Source: Candidatus Micrarchaeota archaeon
GTDB taxonomy: Archaea > Micrarchaeota > Micrarchaeia > Norongarragalinales > UBA8480
Assembly (NCBI GenBank): GCA_043805855.1
Contig: JAZDHP010000008.1
Coordinates: 1 to 43,784, forward strand
Direction of reading: 5' to 3'
DNA length: 43,784 bases
The position numbers and the translations under genes were made by a program. The notes under the pieces are model-generated. The model was given only the letters and a program-made list of their open reading frames with translations, had not been told where the DNA came from and made no database searches. The first letter of the stretch is position 1. Every line of letters begins with the position of its first letter. Positions 17,512 to 27,087 of the stretch are shown here, piece by piece.

Positions 17512-18009
17512 TTACACCTTTGCCTCTTTAATCTTCGCTATTACCGGGGTAATGTCAATGTTAATGTGCTTGCCGTTCAAGCGGTCTTTGCTTGGCAATT
17601 TGTCCTCTTCAACGTTTATCTTTAAACCACCATCAATTGCACCTTTTACAACTGCAAATAAAACGCTGCCCTTAGAAGCAGTGTACATTCCAAAATCTGC
17701 AATTGCAGTTGAAACTTTCTTTGCAAGTGCTTTTCTCGCAACTAAAAAGCCAATTAAGTAAGCTGAAGGCACGTTTCTCTTGCCTGTAAAGCCAAATGTT
17801 TTCAAATCTTTTGTTGAAACTTGAGTGACTGTCTTGTCCCCTTTAACGTCAAATTCAACTAACTGTACTAACATTCCCGCATTGGACTTGCGCACAACCA
17901 AACGCGGCGCACCACCTTTAAGTAAGCGCAAACGCTTGACGTAGTTAGTCCTTCCCTCGCGGCGCCTGCGGAAGTGAACGTCGAACAATGGACCAGTTGC
18001 TTTTGTCAT
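17512..18009 (-). CDS. rpl18: 50S ribosomal protein L18 (uL18)
   Basis: FRRRREGRTNY..RL.LL, RLVVRKSN, N.PSAYL.G. Confidence 0.97.
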   Translation of the reverse strand: MTKATGPLFDVHFRRRREGRTNYVKRLRLLKGGAPRLVVRKSNAGMLVQLVEFDVKGDKTVTQVSTKDLKTFGFTGKRNVPSAYLIGFLVARKALAKKVSTAIADFGMYTASKGSVLFAVVKGAIDGGLKINVEEDKLPSKDRLNGKHINIDITPVIAKIKEAKV

Positions 18010-18051
18010 TTGAACACCATTTTAAAAATTATTAATTTAACACTCGGCTCT

Positions 18052-18477
18052 CTATTTCATCAATTGATTGTCTTTAAGGTAAGTTGACAGAGCTTGTTTG
18101 CTCTTGAACGCGTTTCCTTTTACCATTTTGTAAACCTTGCGGAATTTACCATCTTTTAATTTTGATTTAAGTGAAGCGAGTAACTTGCGTTGACCGCGGA
18201 TTTTCAAAATCCACTTTGTCTTTGATGGCATAGAAGTTCCTTTCTTGCTTCCCCTGCCGCGGCGCCTGCCTAAAGATTTACGCTTTTGTTTCAAACGAGC
18301 TGCAGCGCGGGACGGTGCCTTTTCTGCAACGAACACAACTACTTTTTCCTTTACTAGTTGCCTCACGTCGTCAGCAGTAAGCGCTTCTAGTGCGCGTTTT
18401 GGATCCATTATTTTAATGCGAGATTCGCCGATGCCGTAAATTCTTGAAGCGACTCTGCGCACAGTTGAAATTGCCAT
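18052..18477 (-). CDS. rpl19e: 50S ribosomal protein L19e
   Basis: GRRRG.GSKKG, K..W...IR..R, Y...KG..F. Confidence 0.96.
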   Translation of the reverse strand: MAISTVRRVASRIYGIGESRIKIMDPKRALEALTADDVRQLVKEKVVVFVAEKAPSRAAARLKQKRKSLGRRRGRGSKKGTSMPSKTKWILKIRGQRKLLASLKSKLKDGKFRKVYKMVKGNAFKSKQALSTYLKDNQLMK

Positions 18478-18485
18478 TTTGTAGT

Positions 18486-18836
18486 TTAATTCACCGTTTT
18501 GATTTTCTTTTCACTTGCAATTTTTCTAAATTGCGTTAATTTTTTCTTTCCAATTGTTGAAGAAAAGCGCACGCAAGTTGACTTTGCGTCAACTGCATTT
18601 AACTGCGTTGCATTTGAAACTAAAACTTCTTTTTGTCCATTTGCGCGGAGATATCGTTCTTTTCGCGGAGTACGGTAACCAATGTCTGGAATTGCACCAT
18701 ACGCTTTTAGTTTTTGACGTTGTTTACTGTCAATTCCATGCGGTTTACGCCAATTGGCTTTTACTCTACCAAACGTGTGTACGTTCATTCTTTGAAATTT
18801 TGGAATTTTCTTGGCCTTTGCAATTATAGTAGTCAT
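18486..18836 (-). CDS. rpl32e: 50S ribosomal protein L32e
   Basis: PKF.R, WRKP.GIDSK.R, P.IGY.TP...R. Confidence 0.96.
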   Translation of the reverse strand: MTTIIAKAKKIPKFQRMNVHTFGRVKANWRKPHGIDSKQRQKLKAYGAIPDIGYRTPRKERYLRANGQKEVLVSNATQLNAVDAKSTCVRFSSTIGKKKLTQFRKIASEKKIKTVN

Positions 18837-18841
18837 ATAAT

Positions 18842-19396
18842 TTATTTCAACTCATTCGGGTAAATGCCGTCTTGGAAAACGCGACGGTCTTTCTTTCTTA
18901 TTTTTGTAGCTCTCATTAAATTGTTAGCAGTTTGTCCAACTGAATATTTATCGCTGCCTGTAATTGTTATTTCTTGACCTTTTACTTCTACTTTAGTGTC
19001 GCCTATTATTTTAGCAGAGCGAGCGAGTTTTTCACCAAGGAAGTTTTTTATAAAAATATCTTTTCCCTTTACTTCAATTGTAACTGGAAAGTGTGCAAAT
19101 ACAACTTGTAATTTCTTAGAAAAGCCAGTTGACATACCAATAAAAGCGTTCTTTATATGCGCGATTGTTGAACGCATTGCAGCTACTTTTGACCTTGATG
19201 GTTTGCCAATAACTGCAAATTCCACTATGTTATTATCAACTTTTACTTTTACAACATTCGGAGCAAAAACTATTGGATAAACTTTACCGTTGCCTTTTAC
19301 AACTAACCCGTCGTTTACTTCAACGGTAGCTCCAGTTGGCAAAGCTAGCGTATCTTTGACTTCAGTAACTTTTTTCTTTTTAGTTTTTTTCTCCAT
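18842..19396 (-). CDS. rpl6: 50S ribosomal protein L6 (uL6)
   Basis: AHFP, NFLGEK, DRRVFQDGIY. Confidence 0.97.
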   Translation of the reverse strand: MEKKTKKKKVTEVKDTLALPTGATVEVNDGLVVKGNGKVYPIVFAPNVVKVKVDNNIVEFAVIGKPSRSKVAAMRSTIAHIKNAFIGMSTGFSKKLQVVFAHFPVTIEVKGKDIFIKNFLGEKLARSAKIIGDTKVEVKGQEITITGSDKYSVGQTANNLMRATKIRKKDRRVFQDGIYPNELK

Positions 19397-19406
19397 TTAA
19401 TATCAC

Positions 19407-19781
19407 TTAGTAAACAAATGCAAGTAACGAACCGCCAATTGACTTGGCTTTTGCTTGCGTGTGTGTCATTAAACCTTGAGAGGTTGACACGAGAATAATT
19501 CCAATTGCTTTGGAAGGTAGAAAGCGCGTTTCGTATTTTTCCCAGTTGGCACTTTTAATGTGGAAGCGCGGTTTAATTGAACCGCAGTTGTTTATACTTC
19601 CATTAAGAACAATTTCTAAATCGTAGCCGTTTTCTTTCACTTCTTTAACATAACCGTTTTCGCGCAAAGTGTTAAACACAGCGCGAATTAACTTTGTATT
19701 TTTAGCACCGCAAGTGGTTTTTCCCTTTAGTTCAGCTACTTTAACCGCATTGAGAGCATTTGATAATAAATCTATAGCCAT
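19407..19781 (-). CDS. rps8: 30S ribosomal protein S8 (uS8)
   Basis: LNG.IN.CG.IKPRF, STSQGLMTH, GG.LLAFVY. Confidence 0.97.
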   Translation of the reverse strand: MAIDLLSNALNAVKVAELKGKTTCGAKNTKLIRAVFNTLRENGYVKEVKENGYDLEIVLNGSINNCGSIKPRFHIKSANWEKYETRFLPSKAIGIILVSTSQGLMTHTQAKAKSIGGSLLAFVY

Positions 19782-19798
19782 ATTTTTAACATCACTTT

Positions 19799-19954
19799 TT
19801 ATGAATATTTCTTAAACCCAATTTCTACTGCACGTTCACGGAAGCAACGCCTGCATAGGTACAAACCATATGCGCGGATTAACCCGCGAGCGCTGGCACA
19901 GAAACGGCATTTTCTCTTGCTGCGTTTTTTGAACTTTGTTTCTAGTTTTTGCAT
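19799..19954 (-). CDS. rps14: 30S ribosomal protein S14 (uS14, Zn-binding; not in ORF track)
   Basis: Manual translation ...[37 protein letters not shown]. Confidence 0.96.
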   Translation of the reverse strand: MQKLETKFKKRSKRKCRFCASARGLIRAYGLYLCRRCFRERAVEIGFKKYS

Positions 19955-19961
19955 AACGAAT

Positions 19962-20477
19962 TTACTGTGCCTCCTCTTCTTCTTCCTTTATCAATACCCC
20001 GAAAGTTTTCAAGAATGTAATTGCTTCTGTTTTAGAAACACGTTGTGATTTTGCAATGCGTGAAAAAGCAACGCGGCGTTTTTGTACGCGCGCTCCTGGT
20101 TTTGTAAGTGTAACACAAACGTCGAACCCCATCATTCCAATTTTCGGGTCGTACTTTAACCCCGGTAAATCAATGTATTCTTTTACCCCAAAAGACAGGT
20201 TACCATTTTGGTCAAAACTTTTGTTTGAAAGCGAGAAGTCAATTGCGTCTAAGCAACGTTTTAGTACTTCAAGTGCCGGTTGTTTGCGCAGCGTTATTTT
20301 GGTGCCAATGTCATCGCCCTTTCTTATTTTAAAAGTGGGATTTCGGTTGTGTGCCTTTGTTACAACTGGCTTAGCTTTAGTGATTTGGCTAAGTAGGGAT
20401 TTTGCGTTTTCCAGTTTTTCTCCTGGCGCACCTACTCCGATGTTAAGTGTAACTTTTTCAATTTTAACTTTATTCAT
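19962..20477 (-). CDS. rpl5: 50S ribosomal protein L5 (uL5)
   Basis: [35 protein letters not shown]. Confidence 0.97.
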   Translation of the reverse strand: MNKVKIEKVTLNIGVGAPGEKLENAKSLLSQITKAKPVVTKAHNRNPTFKIRKGDDIGTKITLRKQPALEVLKRCLDAIDFSLSNKSFDQNGNLSFGVKEYIDLPGLKYDPKIGMMGFDVCVTLTKPGARVQKRRVAFSRIAKSQRVSKTEAITFLKTFGVLIKEEEEEAQ

Positions 20478-20481
20478 GTGA

Positions 20482-21180
20482 TTATTGAACCTTGAAATCT
20501 TTATCAACGACAAATACGTAATCTTTGAGGGTTACTACTTCTTTTCCATCTTCGCCAATTATTCTAGCCTTTGACGGAGTAATTCCAGGAAATACTTGAA
20601 TGTCAACTAAAGAGCCAATTGCACCAGCGTGTCTCCCTCGGAAAACATAGCACCTGCTTCCCTTTTCAAGTTTATAGTGCTCTAGGACTTTTACCTGCGG
20701 AATTGATAGTTTAAGCGTATCTCCAGTTGAATATTGCTTTGCGTCTGAAACTAGTAAACTTCGTCCATCGTGTAATGAAAGTTGCCATTTGCCCTTGGCA
20801 ATTAAACGTTTGCCAGTAATTTTGCACAATTTATAATTAGCTTTTGTTTTAACTGGAAGTAATTTACCTTTAACATTTACAACAATATATGAATTTTCTT
20901 TTAGCGAAACTATATCCATTAACCCTACTGGAAAACCTATATCCCTAATTGCTTTACCATCAATTAAAACTTGACCTGCATTTAGAGGTTTCCTAGCTTC
21001 TCGAGTTGAACCGCAAATTTTCAAAAAGTCACGCAAAAGCATAATCAAGGGAATTGAATCTTGCTTTCCGTGCGGGCCAGGCCTTACAGTTTTTGCCCAT
21101 ATAATTCCCTTGCGCTTTATACCAAGCACTTTTGGTGCCGCGAGTCTCTTTGTGTGCCGTTTTTTACCATGTGAAGCCAT
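20482..21180 (-). CDS. rps4e: 30S ribosomal protein S4e
   Basis: H.KRL.AP, PGPH, FPVGLMD, L.LHDGR. Confidence 0.97.
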   Translation of the reverse strand: MASHGKKRHTKRLAAPKVLGIKRKGIIWAKTVRPGPHGKQDSIPLIMLLRDFLKICGSTREARKPLNAGQVLIDGKAIRDIGFPVGLMDIVSLKENSYIVVNVKGKLLPVKTKANYKLCKITGKRLIAKGKWQLSLHDGRSLLVSDAKQYSTGDTLKLSIPQVKVLEHYKLEKGSRCYVFRGRHAGAIGSLVDIQVFPGITPSKARIIGEDGKEVVTLKDYVFVVDKDFKVQ

Positions 21181-21190
21181 ATTTTTAAAA

Positions 21191-21514
21191 TCACTTTCTT
21201 TCAGTTAATTGAGTTATAACTACATTACAAGCTGGAATTTCAACTGGAATTTCCTTTCCGCCGATTTTCTTTACAACCGCACCTTCTACGCTTATTGTTT
21301 CACGGTGAACTACAGTCACTTTACCAGTCATGCCGTAAAATTTACCTTTAAGTATTTTAACCAAATCGCCTTTTTTCACGCGTAAAGTGCGTTTTTTCAT
21401 TTTAAGCCTTAATTCCTTTGACAAGTGTGCGTTTACAAAGTTGCTCGACAAATGTAGCGGCGCGTTGTAACGGAATTTACGTTGTTTTCTCGGTTGACGT
21501 GATCTTACTTTCAT
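21191..21514 (-). CDS. rpl24: 50S ribosomal protein L24 (uL24)
   Basis: SRQPRKQRK..YNAPLH, LSKELR, KOW motif. Confidence 0.97.
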   Translation of the reverse strand: MKVRSRQPRKQRKFRYNAPLHLSSNFVNAHLSKELRLKMKKRTLRVKKGDLVKILKGKFYGMTGKVTVVHRETISVEGAVVKKIGGKEIPVEIPACNVVITQLTERK

Positions 21515-21599
21515 AACTAAAACATCTTTTTTGAATTTAATTTGTTTTGAATTTAATTTGTTTAACTTGGAATTGTTTTAATTCGCTTTTTTGCTTAAT

Positions 21600-21995
21600 T
21601 TATACAACTGCAGATGCAATTGCAATTACTTTAGGAAAACGATCTGCAAGTTCACGGCTAAGCGCCCCTTTTATTTCAGTTGCACGTGGCAAATTCTGGT
21701 CGTCAATTAAAACACACGCGTTGTCGTCGAACTTCACGCGGATTTTTCCACGACGGAATTCCTTGCGTTGGCGAGTTATAACTGCTAGTTCAAGTTTGCC
21801 AACCATTTCAGCTTTTCCTTTTTTAATTGAAACGCGAACAATATCTCCAATCCCAACTGAAGGCAAACGACGTAAGCGAGCTTTTGCGCGTTTAACCCCA
21901 ATTATCTGGACTATTTTTGCACCGCTGTTATCATCGCAGTTCAACCTTGAACCAATTGTAAGCGCTTTTGTTATTTTAGCCGACATTGCTTGCAT
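21600..21995 (-). CDS. rpl14: 50S ribosomal protein L14 (uL14)
   Basis: DNSGAK, RQRKEFRR, F.DNA.V. Confidence 0.97.
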   Translation of the reverse strand: MQAMSAKITKALTIGSRLNCDDNSGAKIVQIIGVKRAKARLRRLPSVGIGDIVRVSIKKGKAEMVGKLELAVITRQRKEFRRGKIRVKFDDNACVLIDDQNLPRATEIKGALSRELADRFPKVIAIASAVV

Positions 21996-22281
21996 TTTTC
22001 AACACCTTAGTAACTACGTGCGCTTTTGTTTTGCTTAACTTACGGCACTCGGTAATTTCAACTAAATCACCTTCGTTTACAGCTATACAACTTGGAACAT
22101 GGCAATGTATTTTACTGCGTTTCTTTTCTAGACGCTCGTATTTCCTAACTTGACGAGTGTAGTCAATTGCAACTACCGCACTTTTCTTCGCGCGGGTGCT
22201 TATTACTTTTCCAGTGAAAATGGAACCACGTAAGCTAAGTGAGCCGTGCGTTGGGCATTTTTTATCATTACATTGAGTCAT
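21976..22281 (-). CDS. rps17: 30S ribosomal protein S17 (uS17)
   Basis: C.D.KCP.HG.L..RG, KYER, ECR.LSKTK. Confidence 0.97.
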   Translation of the reverse strand: MTQCNDKKCPTHGSLSLRGSIFTGKVISTRAKKSAVVAIDYTRQVRKYERLEKKRSKIHCHVPSCIAVNEGDLVEITECRKLSKTKAHVVTKVLKNASNVG

Positions 22282-22332
22282 CTAAATAATCACTTCTAAT
22301 ATTGTTTTTGCAACTTTTTGAATAGACCTTTT

Positions 22333-22644
22333 TTATGCGAATTTTTTGGTTCGGTCCTCTGGCTTTCCAACTAATAGGGTTCCGTTTACCTCGACGTCGT
22401 TTATCGCAAACGCATTATTAGCTTTTGGAACTACTTTGCGTTGGCCGTTTTTTTCAACGACAAATGTATTCGCGGTTTCGTCTATTATTTTACCGTGTAC
22501 TTTGCGCAGGTCTTTGCAGGAACTTGAAACAACTTTTAACTCCTTACCGATGAATTCCATGGCAAGAAAACGAGAGACTTTCTCGCTGTGTTTCGCCTGC
22601 TTTTGACTGCGTTGTAAAGCCAAGGTTTGTGAACGTGATGGCAT
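22333..22644 (-). CDS. rnp1: Ribonuclease P protein Rpp29 (component 1)
   Basis: EFIG, G.IIDET.NT, VPK, G..L...PEDR.K. Confidence 0.92.
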   Translation of the reverse strand: MPSRSQTLALQRSQKQAKHSEKVSRFLAMEFIGKELKVVSSSCKDLRKVHGKIIDETANTFVVEKNGQRKVVPKANNAFAINDVEVNGTLLVGKPEDRTKKFA

Positions 22645-22645
22645 T

Positions 22646-22960
22646 TTACGCGCCAGTTTTAGCTGTTATCATTTCCTCAAGATATCCGAGAGAAACTAAA
22701 ATTTCTTTTGTTTTTGCAATATGATCGCCTTGAAGGACTATTACCCCATCTTTAGCGCTTCCACCACAAGCTAATTTATGCTTGAGGCTTTTTGCAGTTT
22801 CTTTCAACGCTTCGCCGCCAAGACCAACTACGATCGTAACTAGCTTGTTAAATCTTTTTTTCGTCGTATATATTTTAATTTTTTGCGTTGTTTCTTTCTG
22901 AATTGATTGACATGCACAAATATCTAGAGGCAAGCCACATTTTGGACAAATTTCAGACAT
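22646..22960 (-). CDS. Translation initiation factor SUI1/aIF1 (YciH)
   Basis: CP.CGLP.D.C.C, K.VT.V.GL, LK.KLACGG, LQGDH. Confidence 0.96.
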   Translation of the reverse strand: MSEICPKCGLPLDICACQSIQKETTQKIKIYTTKKRFNKLVTIVVGLGGEALKETAKSLKHKLACGGSAKDGVIVLQGDHIAKTKEILVSLGYLEEMITAKTGA

Positions 22961-22999
22961 AATTGTAAACGCTAACCTTTTTTTGTAATTTATTTGGCC

Positions 23000-23203
23000 T
23001 TACTTTGTTTTTAAAACCTTGCTTGCCGCAATATGCAAGTAGTTCAATATTCTCGTCCTTAGTTTTCTCAACTCTTTTTTCTTTGCAGTGTTTTTATCAC
23101 GGATCAATAACGATCTTTTTAATTCAATTTCAACTTCCTGGAGCTTAGCTTTTAACTCACTTGACTGCATTGCTTTTAGTTGTTTTTTCTTGACGATTGC
23201 CAT
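23000..23203 (-). CDS. rpl29: 50S ribosomal protein L29 (uL29)
   Basis: Small helical basic protein at the conserved position after S3. Confidence 0.85.
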   Translation of the reverse strand: MAIVKKKQLKAMQSSELKAKLQEVEIELKRSLLIRDKNTAKKKELRKLRTRILNYLHIAASKVLKTK

Positions 23204-23292
23204 ATTTTTAACATCACTTTAATTTTTGCGTTTTTATTTTATTTTTGACTTTTATTTTAATTTTGATTAGCTTGCGTTATTTTTAACTAGCT

Positions 23293-24114
23293 TTAAACTG
23301 ATTGTAGTGCTTCGCCAGTTTTTTCCGGCGCGGGAGTTGCTTCAATTTTTTCTTCAAAGTCCGTCTCTTTTTCAACATGTGCAGCTTTTTCAACTTTTGG
23401 CTTTTTTGCCCTTGGCGCAGTAGTAGCTTTTTTGTGCGGTGCACGTTTTTTCTTTTCAGCAGCTTTTTCCTCGATTTTTGCATCTGTTTTTGAAGTTTCA
23501 ACAACAACCGGAATTGCTAATTTACTTAGATCAACGCGATCTGAAAATACAGTATCTGGAGACGCGATTTTTACAGTTATTCCAACGATTCCTGCTTTTA
23601 AGTTTGCTACAAAGTGTCCAACGTGCATTTTCTTTGACTCTTCGCCTGACTTCTTTAGATAACCAGCTCGGATTGTTGTTGACTTGGCTTTGCCACCTTT
23701 TCCAACTAATTTACCAGCTGCTCTAATTTCAGCGCCAATTGCACCTGCGGACATAATTTCTCGCAAAGCAAAACGCATTGCAGATTTAGCGTTGCCTTTA
23801 ATTTCAAGTTGTTTGCCGATTTTTTCAGCAACTAATTTAGCGTCAAGTGAAGGTTGCATTACTTCAATTACTTCAATTTGCGGGTTTTCAATGCCATATT
23901 GCTTTTGCAACGCGTCTGAAATGTCCTTTATAGTTTGACCTTTTTTGCCAACCACTAAACCTGGCCTGCGTACTGAAATTGCTATTCTAGTTGCAATTGG
24001 AGTTTTTTGTATTTCAATTGTGGATACTCCCGCGTTTGCTAATTCACGTTGGAGGAATTCCTTTATACTAAAGTCTGCAATTGCTTTTTGAATGAATTTC
24101 CTTTCACTGGCCAT
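23293..24114 (-). CDS. rps3: 30S ribosomal protein S3 (uS3) with charged C-terminal tail
   Basis: KH domain RPG.V.GKKG, GA.G.EI...GKL, GYLKKSG. Confidence 0.97.
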   Translation of the reverse strand: MASERKFIQKAIADFSIKEFLQRELANAGVSTIEIQKTPIATRIAISVRRPGLVVGKKGQTIKDISDALQKQYGIENPQIEVIEVMQPSLDAKLVAEKIGKQLEIKGNAKSAMRFALREIMSAGAIGAEIRAAGKLVGKGGKAKSTTIRAGYLKKSGEESKKMHVGHFVANLKAGIVGITVKIASPDTVFSDRVDLSKLAIPVVVETSKTDAKIEEKAAEKKKRAPHKKATTAPRAKKPKVEKAAHVEKETDFEEKIEATPAPEKTGEALQSV

Positions 24115-24131
24115 TTTACAAATACTTACCC

Positions 24132-24821
24132 CTATTTAATTTCAATTTTTTCAGTTGTTTTGCTTTCAGTTGGTTTTTCAACTGTTTGTTCAACTGCCTT
24201 TTCAACTTTCTTTTCAACTGTCTTTTCGCTTACTGTAGCTTTTTCGCTTTTTGCGATTGCGGTTTTTGTTTCGACTTTTTTATCAGTTGTCTTTACATTT
24301 TTTGCTTCGCTTTTCTTTTTGCCTTTTGCACTTTGTGCTAGCGTTAACTCCGCCCAGCAAGTTACATATTTACTCGCGTATGATTGTTTACCGTACCCAA
24401 TTATGACACCGCCGGCCCAATACCTTCGATAGCGCATTAACTTGTTTTGCTTGTGGCTAGAAGCTGCTTTTATGTAAAGTGATTCTTTGTCAAACCCTTT
24501 GAACTCAGCGTTGGCAATTGCATTTTTTAACATATCCATTACAATTTTCGCTTCTTTCTTTGGATAGCGCCCCTTTTTGCCACCGAGTTCACTTCGGTGT
24601 CCAATGCCTTTTGCAAATCTCTTGTAGGGAATTGCTTTTTTCATTGAAATTGCTTCTTCAAGTATATGAATTGCGGTTTTAACTGGCTTGCGCATTATAG
24701 CAGCTAGCACTTGGCTCATATCTTTATATGATGCGTTGACGTCGTGCACTTGCGAACGTGCAACTGCCTTTTCATCTGCAGCTTTATGTGAATATTTGTA
24801 TAAACCCATTTTTTTCAACAT
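24132..24821 (-). CDS. rpl22: 50S ribosomal protein L22 (uL22) with K/E/T-rich C-terminal tail
   Basis: P.KRF...GH, GRYPKK.A, NA.ANAE.KG. Confidence 0.95.
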   Translation of the reverse strand: MLKKMGLYKYSHKAADEKAVARSQVHDVNASYKDMSQVLAAIMRKPVKTAIHILEEAISMKKAIPYKRFAKGIGHRSELGGKKGRYPKKEAKIVMDMLKNAIANAEFKGFDKESLYIKAASSHKQNKLMRYRRYWAGGVIIGYGKQSYASKYVTCWAELTLAQSAKGKKKSEAKNVKTTDKKVETKTAIAKSEKATVSEKTVEKKVEKAVEQTVEKPTESKTTEKIEIK

Positions 24822-24833
24822 CCTTTTTTCTTT

Positions 24834-25223
24834 CTACCTGAGTTCAACTGACTTACTTCCGCGAGTTGCGCCAATTCCAGGGCCAGAGTGTTTGACTAAC
24901 TTGGTTGTAATCGCGTATTCGCCTAGCCTATGGCCAAGCATTGGTAACTGCGGTACAACTTTAACCCAATCTTTTCCATTGTACACCATAAATTCAAATT
25001 CGAGCATTTCTGGTAAGATAATCATTTCACGCAAGTGCGTTTTCACAATTTTTTTGCCTTTTGCCTTTTTCAATTTTAAACTGTCAATGAAGTTTCTAAA
25101 CTTTACACTCATTCTCAGCATTGTCCTGCGCTGGTGTGACGGTATAATTTTGATAAAGTCAGCAAATGACATTGCCTTTACTTCGTCCATAGTTTTTCCG
25201 TGAAAAGTGATTTTCTTTACCAT
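24834..25223 (-). CDS. rps19: 30S ribosomal protein S19 (uS19)
   Basis: KTHLREMIILPEM, M.GH.LGE, GIGATR.S. Confidence 0.98.
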   Translation of the reverse strand: MVKKITFHGKTMDEVKAMSFADFIKIIPSHQRRTMLRMSVKFRNFIDSLKLKKAKGKKIVKTHLREMIILPEMLEFEFMVYNGKDWVKVVPQLPMLGHRLGEYAITTKLVKHSGPGIGATRGSKSVELR

Positions 25224-25951
25224 TAGGTTGTTCCTCCTCGTCTCCTTCCTGTTCTCCTTGCTGCGATGTGCCCGACTTTACGTCCAGGCGGTGTAGAGCG
25301 TGAAACTGCGGTTGGTTTTCCAAAAGACTTTCCACCAAACGGGTGGTTGTAAGCAGACATTGCGCTTCTGCGCACTTTTGGCCATTCTCTACCAACTGCA
25401 AGCATTGCTCGACCTTTGTTGCCAGCTTTCTTAAATGGTTTTTCTTTCTTTCCCCCGCCGCTTGCAACTCCAATTGTAGCAAGACAAGTACCCAACAGGG
25501 TTTTTACCTGGCGCGAAGCTAAACGGATTTCAACTGTGTTTTTATCCTCGTCTTTAGTTGCAATGTAAGCAACTGCACCGCAAGTGCGGGCGAGTTTTCC
25601 ACCGTCGCCTGGCCTTAGTTCAACATTGTAAACAGGCGTTCCTTCTGCGAGTTGTGAAATGGGAACTACGTTGCCAAGTGCAACTTTTGAAGCGTGTATT
25701 GAAATTTCTTGACCTAAGTGCAACCCTTCAGGCGCGAGGTTTAGGAACTTTTCGCCGTTTTCTAGAAGCACCTCTATTAATAACGGACCGTGCCCCGGAT
25801 CGTCAATTAATTGAACAACTTGGCCGCGCATTGGCGTGGTTAATTTAGTAACAACATAAGGATATTTGATTCTTGCAACATAACGATGGGAAGGGCTGCT
25901 GTATGCTGGCGATCCCTTTCCTTTTCTCTGTGCAATGATTGGTTTACCCAT
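25223..25951 (-). CDS. rpl2: 50S ribosomal protein L2 (uL2)
   Basis: MGK....Q.KGKG, PGDGG.LAR, WP.VR..AM....HP.GG, PPGRKVG.IAARRTG. Confidence 0.98.
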   Translation of the reverse strand: MGKPIIAQRKGKGSPAYSSPSHRYVARIKYPYVVTKLTTPMRGQVVQLIDDPGHGPLLIEVLLENGEKFLNLAPEGLHLGQEISIHASKVALGNVVPISQLAEGTPVYNVELRPGDGGKLARTCGAVAYIATKDEDKNTVEIRLASRQVKTLLGTCLATIGVASGGGKKEKPFKKAGNKGRAMLAVGREWPKVRRSAMSAYNHPFGGKSFGKPTAVSRSTPPGRKVGHIAARRTGRRRGGTT

Positions 25952-26011
25952 TTTTTGTACACTTCCTCAAAAATCAAATTTTATTTATTTTATTCAAATT
26001 ACTCAATTTAC

Positions 26012-26257
26012 CTAAACTAATTTAAGCTTTGCAGCAAGGTCAGCTGCTTTGCCTTTTTCTTTAAATGTAATAACTGCTTTTTTCATGCCGTTTGGCGAAG
26101 TCAACGTGTTGACGCTTTTTACTTTAAAGCCGTATTCCTTTTCAATTTCTTCTTTTATACTTTTCTTCGTATCAGTTGGTTCAATTTGAAAAGTAATTGC
26201 ATTGCGCAATTCAATCCCGCCTATTGCTTTTTCAGTTGTTATTGGTTTGAGAATCAT
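26012..26257 (-). CDS. rpl23: 50S ribosomal protein L23 (uL23)
   Basis: P..TEKA, VNTL..P.G.KKA. Confidence 0.96.
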   Translation of the reverse strand: MILKPITTEKAIGGIELRNAITFQIEPTDTKKSIKEEIEKEYGFKVKSVNTLTSPNGMKKAVITFKEKGKAADLAAKLKLV

Positions 26258-26277
26258 ATTTTAGTAATCACACTTTT

Positions 26278-27075
26278 TTAGTAATACAGCGCTTGTTCGC
26301 TTAATTTTTTCACCGCGCCTTGAGTCCATAAAACTAGTCTGCCTGCAACTCCACCCGGAGCAAGCAAATTTGCATTTAGCTTGTCAACGCTTACAACATT
26401 AACGCCAGATAAATTACGAGCTGCTTTTGAAACATTGCACGCTGTTGAAGTAACTATCAAGACGCTTCTTGGAACGCGTTTACCGCGGCCGCGAAGTCTC
26501 TTTACTCCACTAGTGCGTTTAGTTGCCTTTGCTACACGTTGTAAATCTTTTGAAAAGCCAAGTGCAATTAATGTTTTTAGCACTTCTTTTGCTTTTGAAA
26601 GTTTTTCAAAATCGTCAGTTACAATTACTGGAAAAGCGCATTGCACGTCATGCTTTGCAGTTACTAGCGTTGCGCTAATTGAAGCTGCGATTGCGCTGCG
26701 AATTGCCTTGTTTCTTTCTTTTAGGTTAATTTTTTCAATTATATTCTTTTGTGGTTTTGGAGGGTGTGCGCGTCTTCCCTTTACAGCGTGCGGTACTCTC
26801 AATACCCTGCCTGATTTTCCACCTGGAATCTTTTCCCTTGGTAAACGTGAGCGACCGGTGTTGATAGTTTGTCTCCATGCGTGTCTTCGGCCATAGTATT
26901 CTGCAGTTGTCTTTAAACCAGCTCGCGGGTCACATCCTTTTGGCTGGAAAAGTAAAGAAGCATGTGCGTGGAACGCCCTCCTGATTAAGTCTACGCGAAC
27001 ATCTTCGCTAAATTGCTTTGGTAATTCAATTTGAACTGTTTGCTTGCCTTGTAAATCTAGAATATTTGCTTTCAT
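26278..27075 (-). CDS. rpl4: 50S ribosomal protein L4 (uL4)
   Basis: R.DLIRRA, GRRAHPPK, LAPGG..GRL..WT. Confidence 0.98.
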   Translation of the reverse strand: MKANILDLQGKQTVQIELPKQFSEDVRVDLIRRAFHAHASLLFQPKGCDPRAGLKTTAEYYGRRHAWRQTINTGRSRLPREKIPGGKSGRVLRVPHAVKGRRAHPPKPQKNIIEKINLKERNKAIRSAIAASISATLVTAKHDVQCAFPVIVTDDFEKLSKAKEVLKTLIALGFSKDLQRVAKATKRTSGVKRLRGRGKRVPRSVLIVTSTACNVSKAARNLSGVNVVSVDKLNANLLAPGGVAGRLVLWTQGAVKKLSEQALYY

Positions 27076-27087
27076 GTTTTTGTATCA

